A stretch of DNA of 64,000 nt from Hyaloraphidium curvatum SAG 235-1 (lineage: Eukaryota; Fungi; Monoblepharomycota): contig JAIVFI010000020.1 in NCBI GenBank assembly GCA_025558095.1, forward strand, positions 310,001-374,000, given 5' to 3'. Both the position numbers and the translations under genes were made by a program. The notes below the pieces were generated by a model. It worked only from the letters and a program-made list of their open reading frames with translations, was not told the DNA's origin and did not search any database. Position 1 is the stretch's first letter; each line of letters begins with the position of its first letter. This document shows, one piece after another, positions 13,640 through 25,857 of the stretch.

Positions 13640-14471
13640 ATGGTGAGCATCGTTGAGGTCCCATCGGAGGCGTGCCGGCGCCCGGTCGGTCGATTGGTCG
13701 GGTAACGGCGAGCTGGGCGGTTTCGTTTCACGCCTGCTGGCCGACGCGCGACCCAGCGGCTTTCGCGTTGCTCGGCAGTGCAGAGCTGGCTTGTTCGAAG
13801 CCCTCCACGATGGCGCCGCCTCGCTGGACGTGGAGAGCCGCGTGCGATGTGGCCGCCGGGCGTCCCCCTCGACCATCACGTGTCACTCGCCGCTGGCGTG
13901 ATTCGCCATGATGCGCCGAAACGGAGCCGCTGATTGATTATCCTCCCGTTCCTGCAGGCTGACGAGGTCAAGAAGGCTGCCGCCGAGGTCGAGAAGGCCG
14001 CCGACTCCGCCGCTGCCTCTACCCAGAGCACGGCCCAGTCCCTGTACGACCAGGCTGCCGGCGCCCTCAGCGCCGTGACGGAGAAGGCTTCCGAGCTGTA
14101 CCACTCGACCGGCGCCGACAAGGTCGTCGCCCAGGCCTCCGAGGCTGCGTCGGGCGCGTACAAGACCGTGGCCGACACCGTCTCGTCGACCCTCGAGAAG
14201 ACCGGCGCCGACAAGGTCGTCGCCCAGGCTTCCGAGGCTGCGTCGGGCGCGTACAACGCCGCCGCCGGTGCCGCCGCGTCCGCGTACGAGAAGGCCAAGG
14301 ACGTGATCGAGGACCTCGCCGACGACGGCCAGCTCAACCAGTCGAACAAGAAGGGCGTTGCCGCTGCCGTCGACGCTGGTGCGTGGCTTCATCTTCTGCA
14401 TCTGATCGCGTTTGACCAGTTGTTCTGCTCTGCTCGCAGCCGCCGATGCCGTCAAGGATGCCACCAAGTAA
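13640..14471 (+). CDS. LEA-like / Ala-rich amphipathic helical repeat protein
   Basis: ATG-only exon 13640-13642, intron to 13957, then ADEVKKAAAEVEKAADS... with repeated TGADKVVAQASEAASGAY; last exon ends DATK*. Confidence 0.7.
14108..14256 (+). repeat. Intragenic direct repeat (~56 bp, 93-bp period)
   Basis: accggcgccgacaaggtcgtcgcccaggc(c/t)tccgaggctgcgtcgggcgcgtacaa at 14108 and 14201. Confidence 0.9.
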
Positions 14472-14629
14472 ATTGGCGATCGGCTCGGTGCTATCCATTA
14501 CGTTACAATAGATTGAGTTTCGAAAACGCATTGCTACGCGATGTCCTCGAGTTATGGGCGGAATCAGAGCAAAGATCTGTGGGTGGGAGTTGGAAAGGGA
14601 GGACGCCACGTCATCCGTGACAAACAACA

Positions 14630-16822
14630 ATGGACCGCACGAATCACGCCGTCGTTCCAGCTTCGCAGTCGCTGGCATACTTGACGGTCCCGGGGGCGGA
14701 CGCTCATGACCACCCCAGACCGAAGTCGCCGTCGAGGGACCGGGTCAGGACTGTGGAGGAGCGCCGGACGTCCGACGTCTCGTCGGTCCCGCCCTCAGTC
14801 ACTTCCGGCGCCACATCGCGGACGGAAATCGTCTTTGGTCTGCAGCAAGCAGCTGCGTTCATCGATGAGACGGACGAAGTGGCGTTCGCTTCGGCGGCCA
14901 GCGGCTCGGAAAGCCCCGTCCCTGCGGCGCGGGCTTCACATGCGCCGGCTGTCGACACAGCTTCATCGCCGGCCCTCGACACACCTTTGATGCCACCGCT
15001 AGGCACGGCGGTGCCTTCTCTAGACACGGTTGTGCCGTCCGCCCCGGCTTCGCCGACCGTCTCGACCGAGTCGATCGGCGAGCATCAGTTCCTCCCGCTT
15101 CCGACTCGATATGTCTTCATATTTGTCAATCCGAGAAGTGGACCGCAGCAGGGACGAACGCTGCTCGACAACGTGGAAGTGCAGCACTTCCGGCTCCGTC
15201 ATTTTCCTCAGGTTCAAGTGCAGTTGTACGACATCACGGACGAGACGGATAGGCGCGCCGGGGAGAACTACCTCCGCTGGATCTGGGAGGAAAGCCCCGT
15301 TTTCCGCGCAGCGCACCAGGAGCTTCATTGCTGGAGCGCCGGCGGCGACGGCACCTTCAAGAGCGTCATTGAAGTCTGCATCGGGCTGGGGATCGACATT
15401 ACGAGCCCCGTCGTCTTCTTCAGCGCCATTCCCTGTGGGTCAGCGGTGTGCGAGCCACTATCGCTTGTGCTGACGTCTCCGCAGTCGGCACCGGCAACGA
15501 TCTGAGCCAGGTCATGGGCTGGGGCCGAACGATCCCGGGGCAAGACGTCGCGGGGCACCGTCTTGAGAGGCTCAACAGCCTCGTGATCGAGCGGTTGAAC
15601 GGGGTCGGGGCGAGGCTGGACGTGTGGGAAGTCGAGATCGAGGTCGGTGAGGGCGGGTTCATCAAGAAGGCAAAGTGGGTACCGCTCGCCGATTTCTTCC
15701 AAGGTCTCCTCACATCGTGCCATGTGATCAGGAAGCTGCCAAAGGGCCAACAAGAAGAATGCCAGACCCATCTCAAGACGATGATGTCGAACTGTTGGTC
15801 GACTTCCCGCTCTCCGCTTCGTAGCTCATTGCGGCCGGCAGACTTCTCCCTTGGCATCCAGGGCATGATCGGCTCCTTCTTCGAGCGCCGCCGCACCTCG
15901 TCCCGGATCGGCAACGTTTTCTCGTACATGCATGCCGCCCTGCACTACCTTGTCCGGGGCTTCCCGCACGTCATCGACACGCTGCGGTCGATCGAGGTGG
16001 ACGGCGAGCCCGCGGTCGCCATCGGTAGGCTAGAGAAGGAGGCGGCACAGAAGAGGAGGAGTAGCGTCGACAGCCTGGAGGGGATGCCGGTTGGGACGCC
16101 GCTGCTGAACCAGAACGCGGTCGAGCTAATCAGTAGGTTGCATGCTTGTCTGCTGCTGATCTCCGCTCAATGCTGGCTCCAGTTGGCAACATTCCCGGCT
16201 TGTGGGGCCGCCAGGTACTTCCAGCGCAGTGTTCCATGCCGAGGCGTGCCGCTGATTGGTCCCGACCGCAGGTGGATCTGTGGTCCACGGCCCGGACGAC
16301 ATATTCGGCCGTCGAGGGCGCCAAGGGCCCGACCGACTACCGCACCTGGAACCCCAACACGGCCAACGACCAGAAGATGGAGATCTTCCTGATCAGGAGC
16401 GTGGGCGAGTACTTCCTCAAGCAGGCGGGTCCAACGTTGCCCTCGGCAAGACCGCCGCTGACTTCCGATCGTAGCTGCCGTGGCACCGGGGCAACCTTAC
16501 CAAAGTGGGGCAGTTCCCCTCCGTGACCAAGCTGCGCTTCCGGGAGGGCGTCAACACGCACTGCAACATCGACGGGGAGTTCTACGAGCTCATGGTGCGT
16601 GGCTTCAGCCATCGGCGTTGTTCGACGCTGACGATTTTGAACTCCTAGAACCCCAAATGCATAACGTTTAAGCTGCTATCGACCGTCACCGTCGTCTGCC
16701 CGTCGGATCCGATGCGGAGCAGGCTGGCGAGGGATGAGGAGAAGATCCCGGGCCGGCCGCGCGGGGACGTGGCGCCGGTGGAGGAGGATTTCGCAAACGG
16801 TGTCTTCGGGGATGCGGTGTAA
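14630..16822 (+). CDS. Diacylglycerol kinase family protein, multi-exon
   Basis: VFIFVNPRSG, SAGGDGT, GTGNDLSQVMGWG, LDVWEV, C-terminal NIDGE. Confidence 0.85.
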
Positions 16823-16924
16823 CCCTCTTGAAGAGAAAGCCAGGCGTCCTCGGGCACGAAGCACGGTAGAGTGCCGTGCGACGTTCTATAGACCATAGAT
16901 TAGTGGGTTTCAGCACGGGGGCGC

Positions 16925-18156
16925 CTACAAGATCTCGTCCGGGTCCACGCTGCTGATGGTCGCCCACACCGACGTCCGGTCGCACGTGTCGTCCCTCTTG
17001 GGGTCGATCTGCACTTCGACCTCCGTGCCCACGGCGACCGTGAAGTGGACGTCCCACGTGATGGTCACCTTCTCCTTGTCCGGCGGCACGTCCCGCTCGT
17101 ACACGGTCTCGTTGCCGCACAGCACGCGGATCACGATCCCGTCCCCGCACGCGCCGTCGCGCATCACCTTGCCCGAAAGCTCCAGCTCTCCTTCGTAGTC
17201 TGACTTCCACATCCTGATGGCGGTGAAGGTGTGCAGCGACGTCCCCGAGGTCAGCCTGCGCGCGACGGCGGGGTGCTGCGTCGTGTTGCCGACCGCCAGC
17301 CACTTGGGGAAGCGGTGGCCCTGCGTCCAGTGCTCGATCTCGAAGCGCGTGGCGTTGGCGAAGATCTCCTCCTGGCTGAGGGGGCTGTCCTTGACCTCGA
17401 CCTCGACGCTGCGCGTCATGTTGAAGAGGGCAAAGGGCTCGATCTCGCCCGTGTGCCAGTTTTTCCGGCGGTAGCCGTAGTGCCAGTGCTTGTAGCCCTG
17501 GAAGAGATGCGGGCGCCGTGAGCGTCGCCGACGGCAAGACGCCATTGTCGGCCCACCTGCCACTGCCCAAACTGCTTGTACGAGTCGGCCTGCAGCGGCG
17601 GCGGCTTGTCCGGCGCCGTCAGCTTGTCGGCAAAGTACGACCACGCGATGGCCAGGTCCATCCGCACGTGCTCGGGCGCCGTCCGCGGAACCTGCAGCAT
17701 CGGCACCACGCCCTCCTCCTCGGGCGTGGTGCCGGCAAAGTCCTGCAGCAGCGTCATCGGAAGATTGCGCAGGATGAACTTCCATTCCTCCTGGCCCGAC
17801 GAAAAGTTCCTCGCGTCCAGATCCGGGCACGACGGCGGCCGCGGGATGCGCCGCTTCAGGTCCGCGAGCTGCTCCGCGCTGCCGTCCCCGGGCCGCAGGA
17901 TGGGCGCAAACACCGCGTCCAGCCGGCGCTCGGCGATGCGCGCGGCGCGGCACTCGGCCTCGGTCTGGTCCGGCGTGCGCGGCGGCAGCGGCGGCAGGGA
18001 GGGCAGCACGACCGGCGCGAAGAAGGCGGCCTCGCGGCGGCGCTCGCCCCACCGCTCGATGGCGCGCACGGCCGCCCACGTGACGAGGAAGAGCGTGAAG
18101 AGCGGGAACGCCTGCCGCCGCACAGAGCGGAAGAGCGCCGACACCCCCACCGCCAT
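16925..18156 (-). CDS. Type II membrane protein with a C-terminal beta-sandwich domain, 2 exons
   Basis: N-terminal TM AFPLFTLFLVTWAAV; spliced ADSYKQFGQWQ/GYKHWHYGY...AIRMWKSDYEGELELSG...GDGIVIRV...IDPKRDDTCDRT. Confidence 0.65.
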
Positions 18157-18592
18157 CGGCGAGGCAGGCGAAAGAACGCCGGGATTCCTGTCCCGTCGAG
18201 TGACGCGCCGCGCCGCCAGAAGCGGTTGACGACACCAGCGCCTGCATTCAAGTGGAAGCTACTCAATTGCACCTCATATCCTGCGATCGCCTTGGATCGG
18301 TTCCTCTCCGATCGACGTGGAGCCTCGTCGTGGCAGCTCACAGCTGCACGGACGAGGCGTTGGCATGGAACGGAGAGACGATCCCTGGCTCACTCAGGAT
18401 CGGATCGAACAATAGCAAACATGCTGTTACGGGGCAGTTCGTGTGCTCGGAGGCTCGGATGAGGCCGGATGCTTAGGTCCCGTGTCCAATCCATCCCCTT
18501 TAAAGTTCGCGCGTGGTTCGCGCCGACGAGTGACTCGGGACTTAAGTCACCAAACTCCCCTCCGAATCTCCCCCTCCGCAGTGCCTCCCGCC

Positions 18593-19733
18593 ATGGACTA
18601 CGAAGCGGCGCGGCAGTTGCGGGTCGCGGAAAACCGCGCGGTGCTCGCCCGGCTCGGGATCAAGCCCGCGGAGGTCCCGGGCTACCTGCCCCCGCCCCAG
18701 CCGGTGAAGAAGAAGGCCAAGCAGGTGGCCAAGAGGCGGGAGAAAAGGGCGGCGCAGGCGGCGGTGCAGGAGACGCGGAAGGAGGAGGCGGAGGGGGGGC
18801 CGAGGAGGTCCGCCCGCGTTTCGAGGAAGGTGCGTTGCGGGAGCGTGGAAAGAGGAGGGGCACGCGCTGAACCCCCCCCAGCCCGTGCTCTATGAAGCGC
18901 TCCCCGCCGAAGGCGCGGGCGCCATGCTCCGCGAGACGCCGAGGAAGAAGGCCCCCGCCGGCCGGCCCTTCGACAGGAACGTGGTCGGACCGATCCCCGG
19001 CGTGCCCGTCGGGGCGTGGTACGAGTACCGGGCGGACGCCTGCCGCGCCGGCGTGCACAGGTGTGTGTCCCTTCCTGCTCCGCCAGGGACGGACGGGCCG
19101 GCACGAGCGGCTGACGTCGTCCCGCAGGCGCACGATCCATGGGATAGCCGCGGACAAGCACTGTGCCTACTCGGTCGCCCTCTCTGCGGGCTTCGAGGAC
19201 GACTGCGACTTTGGCGAGGGTTTCACGTACACCGGCTCCGGGGGACGGGACCTCAAGGGCACCAAGGCCAACCCCAAGAACCTGCGGACGGCGCCGCAGA
19301 CCAAGGACCAAGTGTGGGAGGGGGACAATGCGGCGTTGAAGTTGTCCTTCGAGAAGAAGCTGCCGGTGCGGGTGATCAGGGGCTACTTCAAGAAATCGCC
19401 CGGTGGGGCGCACGAGCGGTCGCCCTACGCCCCGCTTTATGGATACCGCTACGACGGCCTGTACAAGATCGACAAGGTGTGGCAGGAGGTCGGGGCGTCG
19501 GGCTTCAAGGTGTGCAAGGTGCGAACGTGCGCCTCCGGCGGCCCGGCGTATTGCTCATTCCCACGCTGCGTCTTCCCGCGCCCCGCGTGCAGTTTGCCTT
19601 TACCAGGCTTCCCGGCCAGGCGCCCCTGCCCCTGCACGTCACGGGCGTGGAGGTCCCCGTGGAGGCCGAGGACGGCGACGAGGAGATGGAGGAGGGCGGC
19701 AGCGACTCGGGCTTCTCGGGGTCCGAGGTGTGA
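18593..19733 (+). CDS. Stand-alone SRA/YDG domain protein (UHRF1-like methyl-DNA-reader fold)
   Basis: GPIPGVPVG, AGVHR, YSVALSAGFEDD.D.GEGFTYTGSGGRDL, PVRVIRG, GYRYDGLY; spliced. Confidence 0.9.
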
Positions 19734-20111
19734 GTGGCTGGGGATAATGGCAGGCATGGACCCTCGGGGTCTTACCGGCGAACTGGCTGCCGGCAAGCAG
19801 CAGGGACCTGGCCTGGCAGTAGGCTGGGTCCGACGAGTGGAGAAGCGCAGGGCAAGATGGGAGATCGCTGCACGGGTCCGTCTGGTGGAGATCGATGCGG
19901 TGCCCAGCGGCGCGGTGCGACCGATGCGCCCAGCCGCCTGCGGCAGCGATCTCGAATACGCGAGGAAGGAATAACTCTAGTATTCGAGATATTGCATGTA
20001 TTTTTCGATTGCATTCGCCGTGGGAAGGGAGAAGGATCCACCGCTGCCGTTTTGCGTCGGTACGTCCACGCCGGGCCCGCCATTTTCGTCCACTGCGGGT
20101 GGCAACCGCCG

Positions 20112-23100
20112 ATGGCGCCGGGGCGTGCGCGGCACGGCCGGCGGCCCTCCGCGGCGCTCAGCGTGCCCGACAGCGGCGGCGGGTCGTCTCAGGGCGACGA
20201 GGATGCGTCGACGCTGGGCAACGAGGCCGAGGGGGGGGGAGGGGCTGCCCACCCCGTGCCCGCGCAGCCCGCCCCTCCGCCGCCGCCGCGCGGGCCGGCC
20301 GTGCGGACTTACAAGATCGACCGCGGCGGCTACCCGGCCGGCGCGGTGCCGCGCGCGGGCCGCGTGCACCCGCTGCTCACGCTGCCGGGCCTGCCGTTCC
20401 CCGGGGCCGCGCAGCCGCCGCCGCCCGCGCCGCTGCGATGGCTGCGCGCCGCATCGCGCGGCGTCGTGGCCGCGGTGCTCTCGCTCGGCACGGCCGACCT
20501 GCTGCTGCTGCACCTCGGCTGCGCGCTGGGCCCGCTGCGCGCGGACAGGCTCGCCTTCGCGTTCCTCGCGCTGGCCGCCGCGGTCGATCGCGTCGCCGCG
20601 CTCGTGGGCGCCCGCCAGTTCGTCGCCGCCGCCGCCACGCTGCTGCTGCTCGCCGCGCTCGACTGGCTGGCCCTGGCGTGGCTGCGCGACTCGGCCCTGC
20701 TGCCCACGCTGGCGGACGTCGTCGTCTACTCGTCGTTCGCCGCCCACCTGACCGCGCCGCCGCCCGACCCGGACCCCGGCCAGCAAGCGGACAGGGAGGC
20801 CGCGGCGGCCGACCAGCAGGCAAGGGCCAAGGAGGCCGCCCCGGAGGGCGGCCCGCCCTCGCCAGAGACCGCCGCCGCCGCGCTGGGCTCGCTCGTCAAC
20901 CCGCACTTCACCATCCTCGGCATGACTCTCCCGCACCTCGCAGTCTCGCTGCTCTGGACATCCGTGCTGCTCGCTTCGGTCTCGCTGCCCCCGTCAACCT
21001 CGCCGTGGGCGCTCCTGCTGCAGGCGCACATCGTCGCCACCTCGATGCAGAACGGCCTGCGCGACACGGTGCAGCGCTACGCTGAAATGAAGACGGAGCT
21101 GGCCGCGCGCGTCGACCGCGTGCGCGGCGAGCGCTGGAAGGACTACTTTGGCCGCGTCGCCGACGAGACGCGCGGCGACACCGCGGCCAAGGCGCCGGCC
21201 GCCAAGCCCGCCGCCCCAGCGAAAGCCAAGCCGGGCACGGGCGACCGCGGCGCCGGCCCGCCCGTCGCGCCAGACAAGAAGGTCGAGCAAGGTGCGCACC
21301 ACCGCCACACCTCGTCGTCCTCCTCCGGCCCGCTGGCGCTCCCCGACGGCTCGGTCGCCTCGCCTCGTCCGGGATCGCGCCTGGCCGCGCCGGCGGGCAC
21401 GCTGCACCGCCGCAAGGTCTCGCGCACCGGCTCCTCCAGCTCCGTCGCCACCGCCAGCACCGCCGCCAACCCGCCCCCCGGGCAGGAAGCGGCCAAGCCC
21501 GACGCCGCCGCCAAATCCGACACCCCTGCCAAGCCCGACGCCGACGCCCTCCCGCTTGCCCGCATCCCGGGCCAGCCCGTGGGCGCCAAGCTCCTCGGCG
21601 GCCGCGCGCTCCACGCGCGCCGGATCGCCGCCATGGAAGACCCCAAATCCACGGACCCCGCCGCCCTGTACGCCAACTTCTACGAGGCCGAGGACCGGTT
21701 CGAGCTCGCCTTTTTCCGCTTCGCCAACGACCCCGTCGGCCGCCCCGGCGACTCCTCGTGCGAGCTCGGCTGGATCGTCCCCGCGAGCCTCAAGGCAAGC
21801 CTGTACATCGCCCTCAAAATCGACGCCGAGCTGCGCAAGCTCCGCGCCGAGCGGGAGCGCGAGCCCGCGCCCGGCCCGCGCGGGCGGAGGAAGCCCCCGC
21901 CGACGACCAACCCCGCCATGGAGGAGCTCCTGCGCACCATGGACCCCGAGTCGCGGGGCGGCGACGGCAATTCGGCCACGGTGCGCGTGTCGGCGGGCCT
22001 GTCGGTCCCCGTCTCCCGCATCTCGGTGCGGATCGACGGGGACCCCTGGCCCCGCGAAAAATGGTCCGTGGCCGAGGACGCCGACAGGATGCCCGGGCCG
22101 CGGGGCGACGTCTCGGGGTACGCGTGGTGGGATGCCGATGGGGACGAGGACGACGTGTGGACGCCCGCGCCGGTGCGGATGAGCCTGGACGTGGCGGGGC
22201 TGGAGGGGGGGAGGGAGCACACGGTCAGGGTGGGGATACTGGGGTTCTGGAGCGTGCCCGCGAGGGTGTTTATCCGCCAGGGTGCGTTCGCATTGCCGCC
22301 ACATCGCGTTGCAAGGGAGATTGCTCACGCACCGTGCTTTTTCGCAGGCCCGGCTGGAAGCACCGCGCCGTCGCCCCCGCTCACGTACGAGCAGCAGACC
22401 AACCAGCTCATCTCGGAAGCCTTTGGACACGCCCGCCCCGCGGCCGCCCCCGGCGACGCCGACGCCGCGCCCGCGGGCCCCTACGCCGGCATGTCCGCCC
22501 CCGCCCTGCGCGCGCAGATGGAAAGCGACCAGGAGGCCATCCGCGCCGCGGGCCAGGCGCTCAAGCGCCTGCGGCGGGAATGGCACCGCACGTCGTCGGC
22601 CGCGCGGGAGGAGATCGCCTCCCTCAAAAAGGGCATGGCGCGCGAGGAGGCCTCGGACGAGCGCAACCGCCGGCGGATGCAGGTCCTGGGCGAGCAGATG
22701 GAGAGCCTGCGGCTGGCGGCCGAGTCGGCCGAGGACGAGCTGGCGGGCCTGCGGAGCCAGCTCGCGGTCGAGGAGGCGCGGCGGGACGCGATCGGACGGG
22801 AGCTCAGGGAGCAGCGGCGCAAGAAGGAGCGCATGGAGAGGCTCGCGGCCTCGGGGGGCGGGCAGAAGCAGCAGGCCGAGTTTGCCGAGCTCGAGGCGCA
22901 GATCGCGCAGCAGGAAAAGAACAGCCGGCACGCGCAGCAGGCCGCCGCCAAGCTGTCGGCCAAGCTGGTGCAGCTCCGCGTGAGCAAGGAGGAGCTGGCG
23001 GCGAGGATCGCGCAGGAGAGGGAAAAGCAGGCGGCGGCGGCGCTCGAGCGCAGGCAACACGAGGCGCTCAGCGAGAGCTACGGGCCGCTCATCGAGCAGC

Positions 23101-23261
23101 TGCGCGAGCAGTGCGAGACCCTGCGGCTGCAGAACGAAGGGTCCGAGGACATTCTGAGGCAGGAGAGGGCCTTCAACGAGACGATCCGCGCCGAGATGAG
23201 GAAGCTGGCCCTGCTGCCGCGGACGCCGACGCCGCCGAGTGCCGTGACACCGGAGATCTAA
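20112..23261 (+). CDS. Large membrane protein with a C-terminal coiled coil (architecture loosely like fungal AcrB)
   Basis: Long ORF; several hydrophobic segments, a beta-rich segment (~21.7-22.3 kb), long E/Q/R/K heptad region; probable in-frame intron ~22283-22348. Confidence 0.6.
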   Translation: MAPGRARHGRRPSAALSVPDSGGGSSQGDEDASTLGNEAEGGGGAAHPVPAQPAPPPPPRGPAVRTYKIDRGGYPAGAVPRAGRVHPLLTLPGLPFPGAAQPPPPAPLRWLRAASRGVVAAVLSLGTADLLLLHLGCALGPLRADRLAFAFLALAAAVDRVAALVGARQFVAAAATLLLLAALDWLALAWLRDSALLPTLADVVVYSSFAAHLTAPPPDPDPGQQADREAAAADQQARAKEAAPEGGPPSPETAAAALGSLVNPHFTILGMTLPHLAVSLLWTSVLLASVSLPPSTSPWALLLQAHIVATSMQNGLRDTVQRYAEMKTELAARVDRVRGERWKDYFGRVADETRGDTAAKAPAAKPAAPAKAKPGTGDRGAGPPVAPDKKVEQGAHHRHTSSSSSGPLALPDGSVASPRPGSRLAAPAGTLHRRKVSRTGSSSSVATASTAANPPPGQEAAKPDAAAKSDTPAKPDADALPLARIPGQPVGAKLLGGRALHARRIAAMEDPKSTDPAALYANFYEAEDRFELAFFRFANDPVGRPGDSSCELGWIVPASLKASLYIALKIDAELRKLRAEREREPAPGPRGRRKPPPTTNPAMEELLRTMDPESRGGDGNSATVRVSAGLSVPVSRISVRIDGDPWPREKWSVAEDADRMPGPRGDVSGYAWWDADGDEDDVWTPAPVRMSLDVAGLEGGREHTVRVGILGFWSVPARVFIRQGAFALPPHRVAREIAHAPCFFAGPAGSTAPSPPLTYEQQTNQLISEAFGHARPAAAPGDADAAPAGPYAGMSAPALRAQMESDQEAIRAAGQALKRLRREWHRTSSAAREEIASLKKGMAREEASDERNRRRMQVLGEQMESLRLAAESAEDELAGLRSQLAVEEARRDAIGRELREQRRKKERMERLAASGGGQKQQAEFAELEAQIAQQEKNSRHAQQAAAKLSAKLVQLRVSKEELAARIAQEREKQAAAALERRQHEALSESYGPLIEQLREQCETLRLQNEGSEDILRQERAFNETIRAEMRKLALLPRTPTPPSAVTPEI

Positions 23262-23489
23262 ATGTAGCGCGTTTCGCGCGGGTGTCGCAATCGACTTTCG
23301 TTTCCGGGACGCCTTGGCCCGATCTTGGTTTTCTCGTTCATCCGGTCGGTCCGAAGATGGAATCATGGGGAAATGATCATTCATACAGCAGAGAAGAGAA
23401 GGTGCCATCTTTGTACATGTGAGTGGGATATCGTGTGACCAATCAATGGAACAGCCTCGTTGGCCGGAATCTCATACCCCCCCCCTTTC

Positions 23490-25654
23490 TCAGGCATCGA
23501 AGAGCAGGTCCCTGCTCGTCGATCCCTGCCTCCGCAGCCCCGCCTCGCGCGCGAGCTTCTCTCCGTCGTTCCTGCGGAACGTGAAGCCCACAAAGCCCCT
23601 CCTGATCCCCCTGGCCTCCTCCTCCCCGGCCCCTTTGCCGGCCTTGCTGGCCTGCTGCTCCGTCTCGGCCCGCTTCTCGTGCACCTCGGCGTAGATGGCC
23701 ATGGACGCGGGGTCCGTGAAGTCGTCAAAGTGCCGGGTGTCGAACGCGTCCGCGAGGTCCGGGACAAAAGGCGGCCGTGGGCCGGCGCTGGTGCCCAGCA
23801 GGCCGAATGCGAGCGGCTTCATGAAAGGGTGACACTGCAGCGCGTTGATCGAAGAGAGGCGATTGGGTTTGTGTGCAATGAGCCTTGAACCCGGCACGTC
23901 AGCATTCGGCATTTGGATGGAACGCAGAAACCGAACTCACGCAGTGATCATGCTCCAGGCGTTGTCCGAGATTAGGACCTCGGTCGGACGCACCAAGATC
24001 TTGGTCCATTGGAGAACATTGTTCCAGACCTCGTCCGCATTCGCACCCTGGAACGGCGGGTAGCCTGGTGCAGTACACGAAGGGTAAGCACAGAACACGC
24101 AGTGTCAACTGGCAGGCAAGAACACAAACCGACGAGGAACTCGAAAAGGATGGTTCCGAGCGACCAGTAGTCGACGAGCTTGTCGTACCCTCCCGCGGGC
24201 GTGTTAAGGATCTCCGGCGCCATGTAGTCCGGGCTCCCGACCAGGCTCGTCGCGCGGACCTCCCGCCTGCGGTTCTCGTTGCGCAGAACCTGGTTTTCCT
24301 TGAAGGAGCGGGCGACGACGTCGGCCTGTGCGCGGCCGAGACGGAGCTTCATGGATTCGATTCGGGAATATGAGATGCGACCCTTGGCCAGCCCAAAGTC
24401 GGTCAGCTTGACGTGACCGCGGGTGTCGATGAGGAAATTCTCGGGCTTGAGGTCGCTGTTCAAGCACACGGTTAGCCGCGGCAAGACCTTTAGAGGACTA
24501 TCCCACCGATGGATGTAGCCCATCTCGTGCAACGCATTTACCCCGAGGGCCATCTCCGCGAGGTAGAACCTGCAGTGGCTCTCCGCAATGGGCCCGGGGT
24601 TGACGTTGAGGAGGGTCCGGATGTCGCCACCTGGGACGTACTCCATCGCGAGGTAGACGTTCTCGGTATCTTGGAAGGAGTACAGGAGCTTCACGAGCCA
24701 GGGGGACCGAGACTGGGTGAGGATGTCCCGCTCCGTCAGGATGTGGTCAACCTGGTGAATGAAGTGGTCAGGCTTCGCGAGTCCGTCGCCGATGAAGATG
24801 CGCACCTCGCCAAGCCGGTGGAGCAAGGTCTTGCTCATTTTCTTGAGCGCAACGACCTCCTCGGTCGCCTTCTTCTTGGCCAGGAAGACGCTGCCGTACC
24901 CGCCCTGCCCGATCTGGGAGAGGATGACAAAGTCGACGGCCTTGGTTCTCGTCCGGCGCTCCCGCATGGCCGCCCCCTCCTTCTCGAGGAACCGGTTCCA
25001 CCGCGCCTTGTACTCCACGGACATTTCCGCGAAGCCCATGCCATGCATTTGCTCCTTGAACCGAGCAGTCCGCTTCTTTCGGTCGCCGAGGAAGGTGTAG
25101 AGGTTCATGTACTGGTCGTACATGTCTGGCGCGCAGGTTGAGGGCCAAGACGGAGGCAAAGGCCGTCAGAGACTCACAGACTTCCAGCGCCGCACACTTC
25201 CGCAGAGTCCGCGCGCTCGGGTCGATGGTTTTCATGTCGTCGTCGTATTCTTCGTCGTCCTCCTCCTCGAGCAGGGCGGCGGAGGAGATGTTCAGGTTGG
25301 CGAGCGACCCCTGGAGGGAGTCGCGCCCGGGCAGCGGCGGCGGAACGCGGGCAGCCACATCGGTGCTCCTTTCTCCGCTCCTGCGGGGGCTCTCCGCCTC
25401 GGCGTGGGCCCGCGATGGCCGGGGAGCTACGCCTGCCGGTCCGTCAGTGCCGTCAAACACGCACGCGCTGCGGCCCCACCGTTCGCCGTCTGCGCCCTGT
25501 CTGCCGGTGCGCGCGGCGGGCGGCCCGAGCCCGAGCCCGCCGACCCGATCGACTCCGAGGATGTGGTTTTCGAGGGCGGCGCGGGCAGCGTGGCCGCCGA
25601 GTCGGCCGACGCCGCTGTTTTCGGCGGGTGCGCCGCGCCGCGGGACCCGTACAT
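23490..25654 (-). CDS. DBF2: NDR-family Ser/Thr kinase, Dbf2/Sid2 type, multi-exon
   Basis: RERRTR..DFVILSQIGQGGYGSVFLA, HILTERDIL, HR/DLKPEN, LTDFGL, SLVGSPDYMAPE, C-terminal PPFVP...FVGFTF. Confidence 0.9.
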
Positions 25655-25857
25655 GGTGGGCACCGCGCCGCGCTTCGTCCCTCGATGAATGAAGGGGCGA
25701 TGCGCCGGGGAAACCGCCGGCTGATGGGAGGGATGGGCGTGAGCGCCGAGAATTGAGCACGACTTGGGGGATTCGAGCGCGGCGTGTGTTTGCCTGGGCG
25801 GATCGGCACGGCCACCAGCACGACCACGAGACGATGCCCGTTGGAAAATCTATTCCA

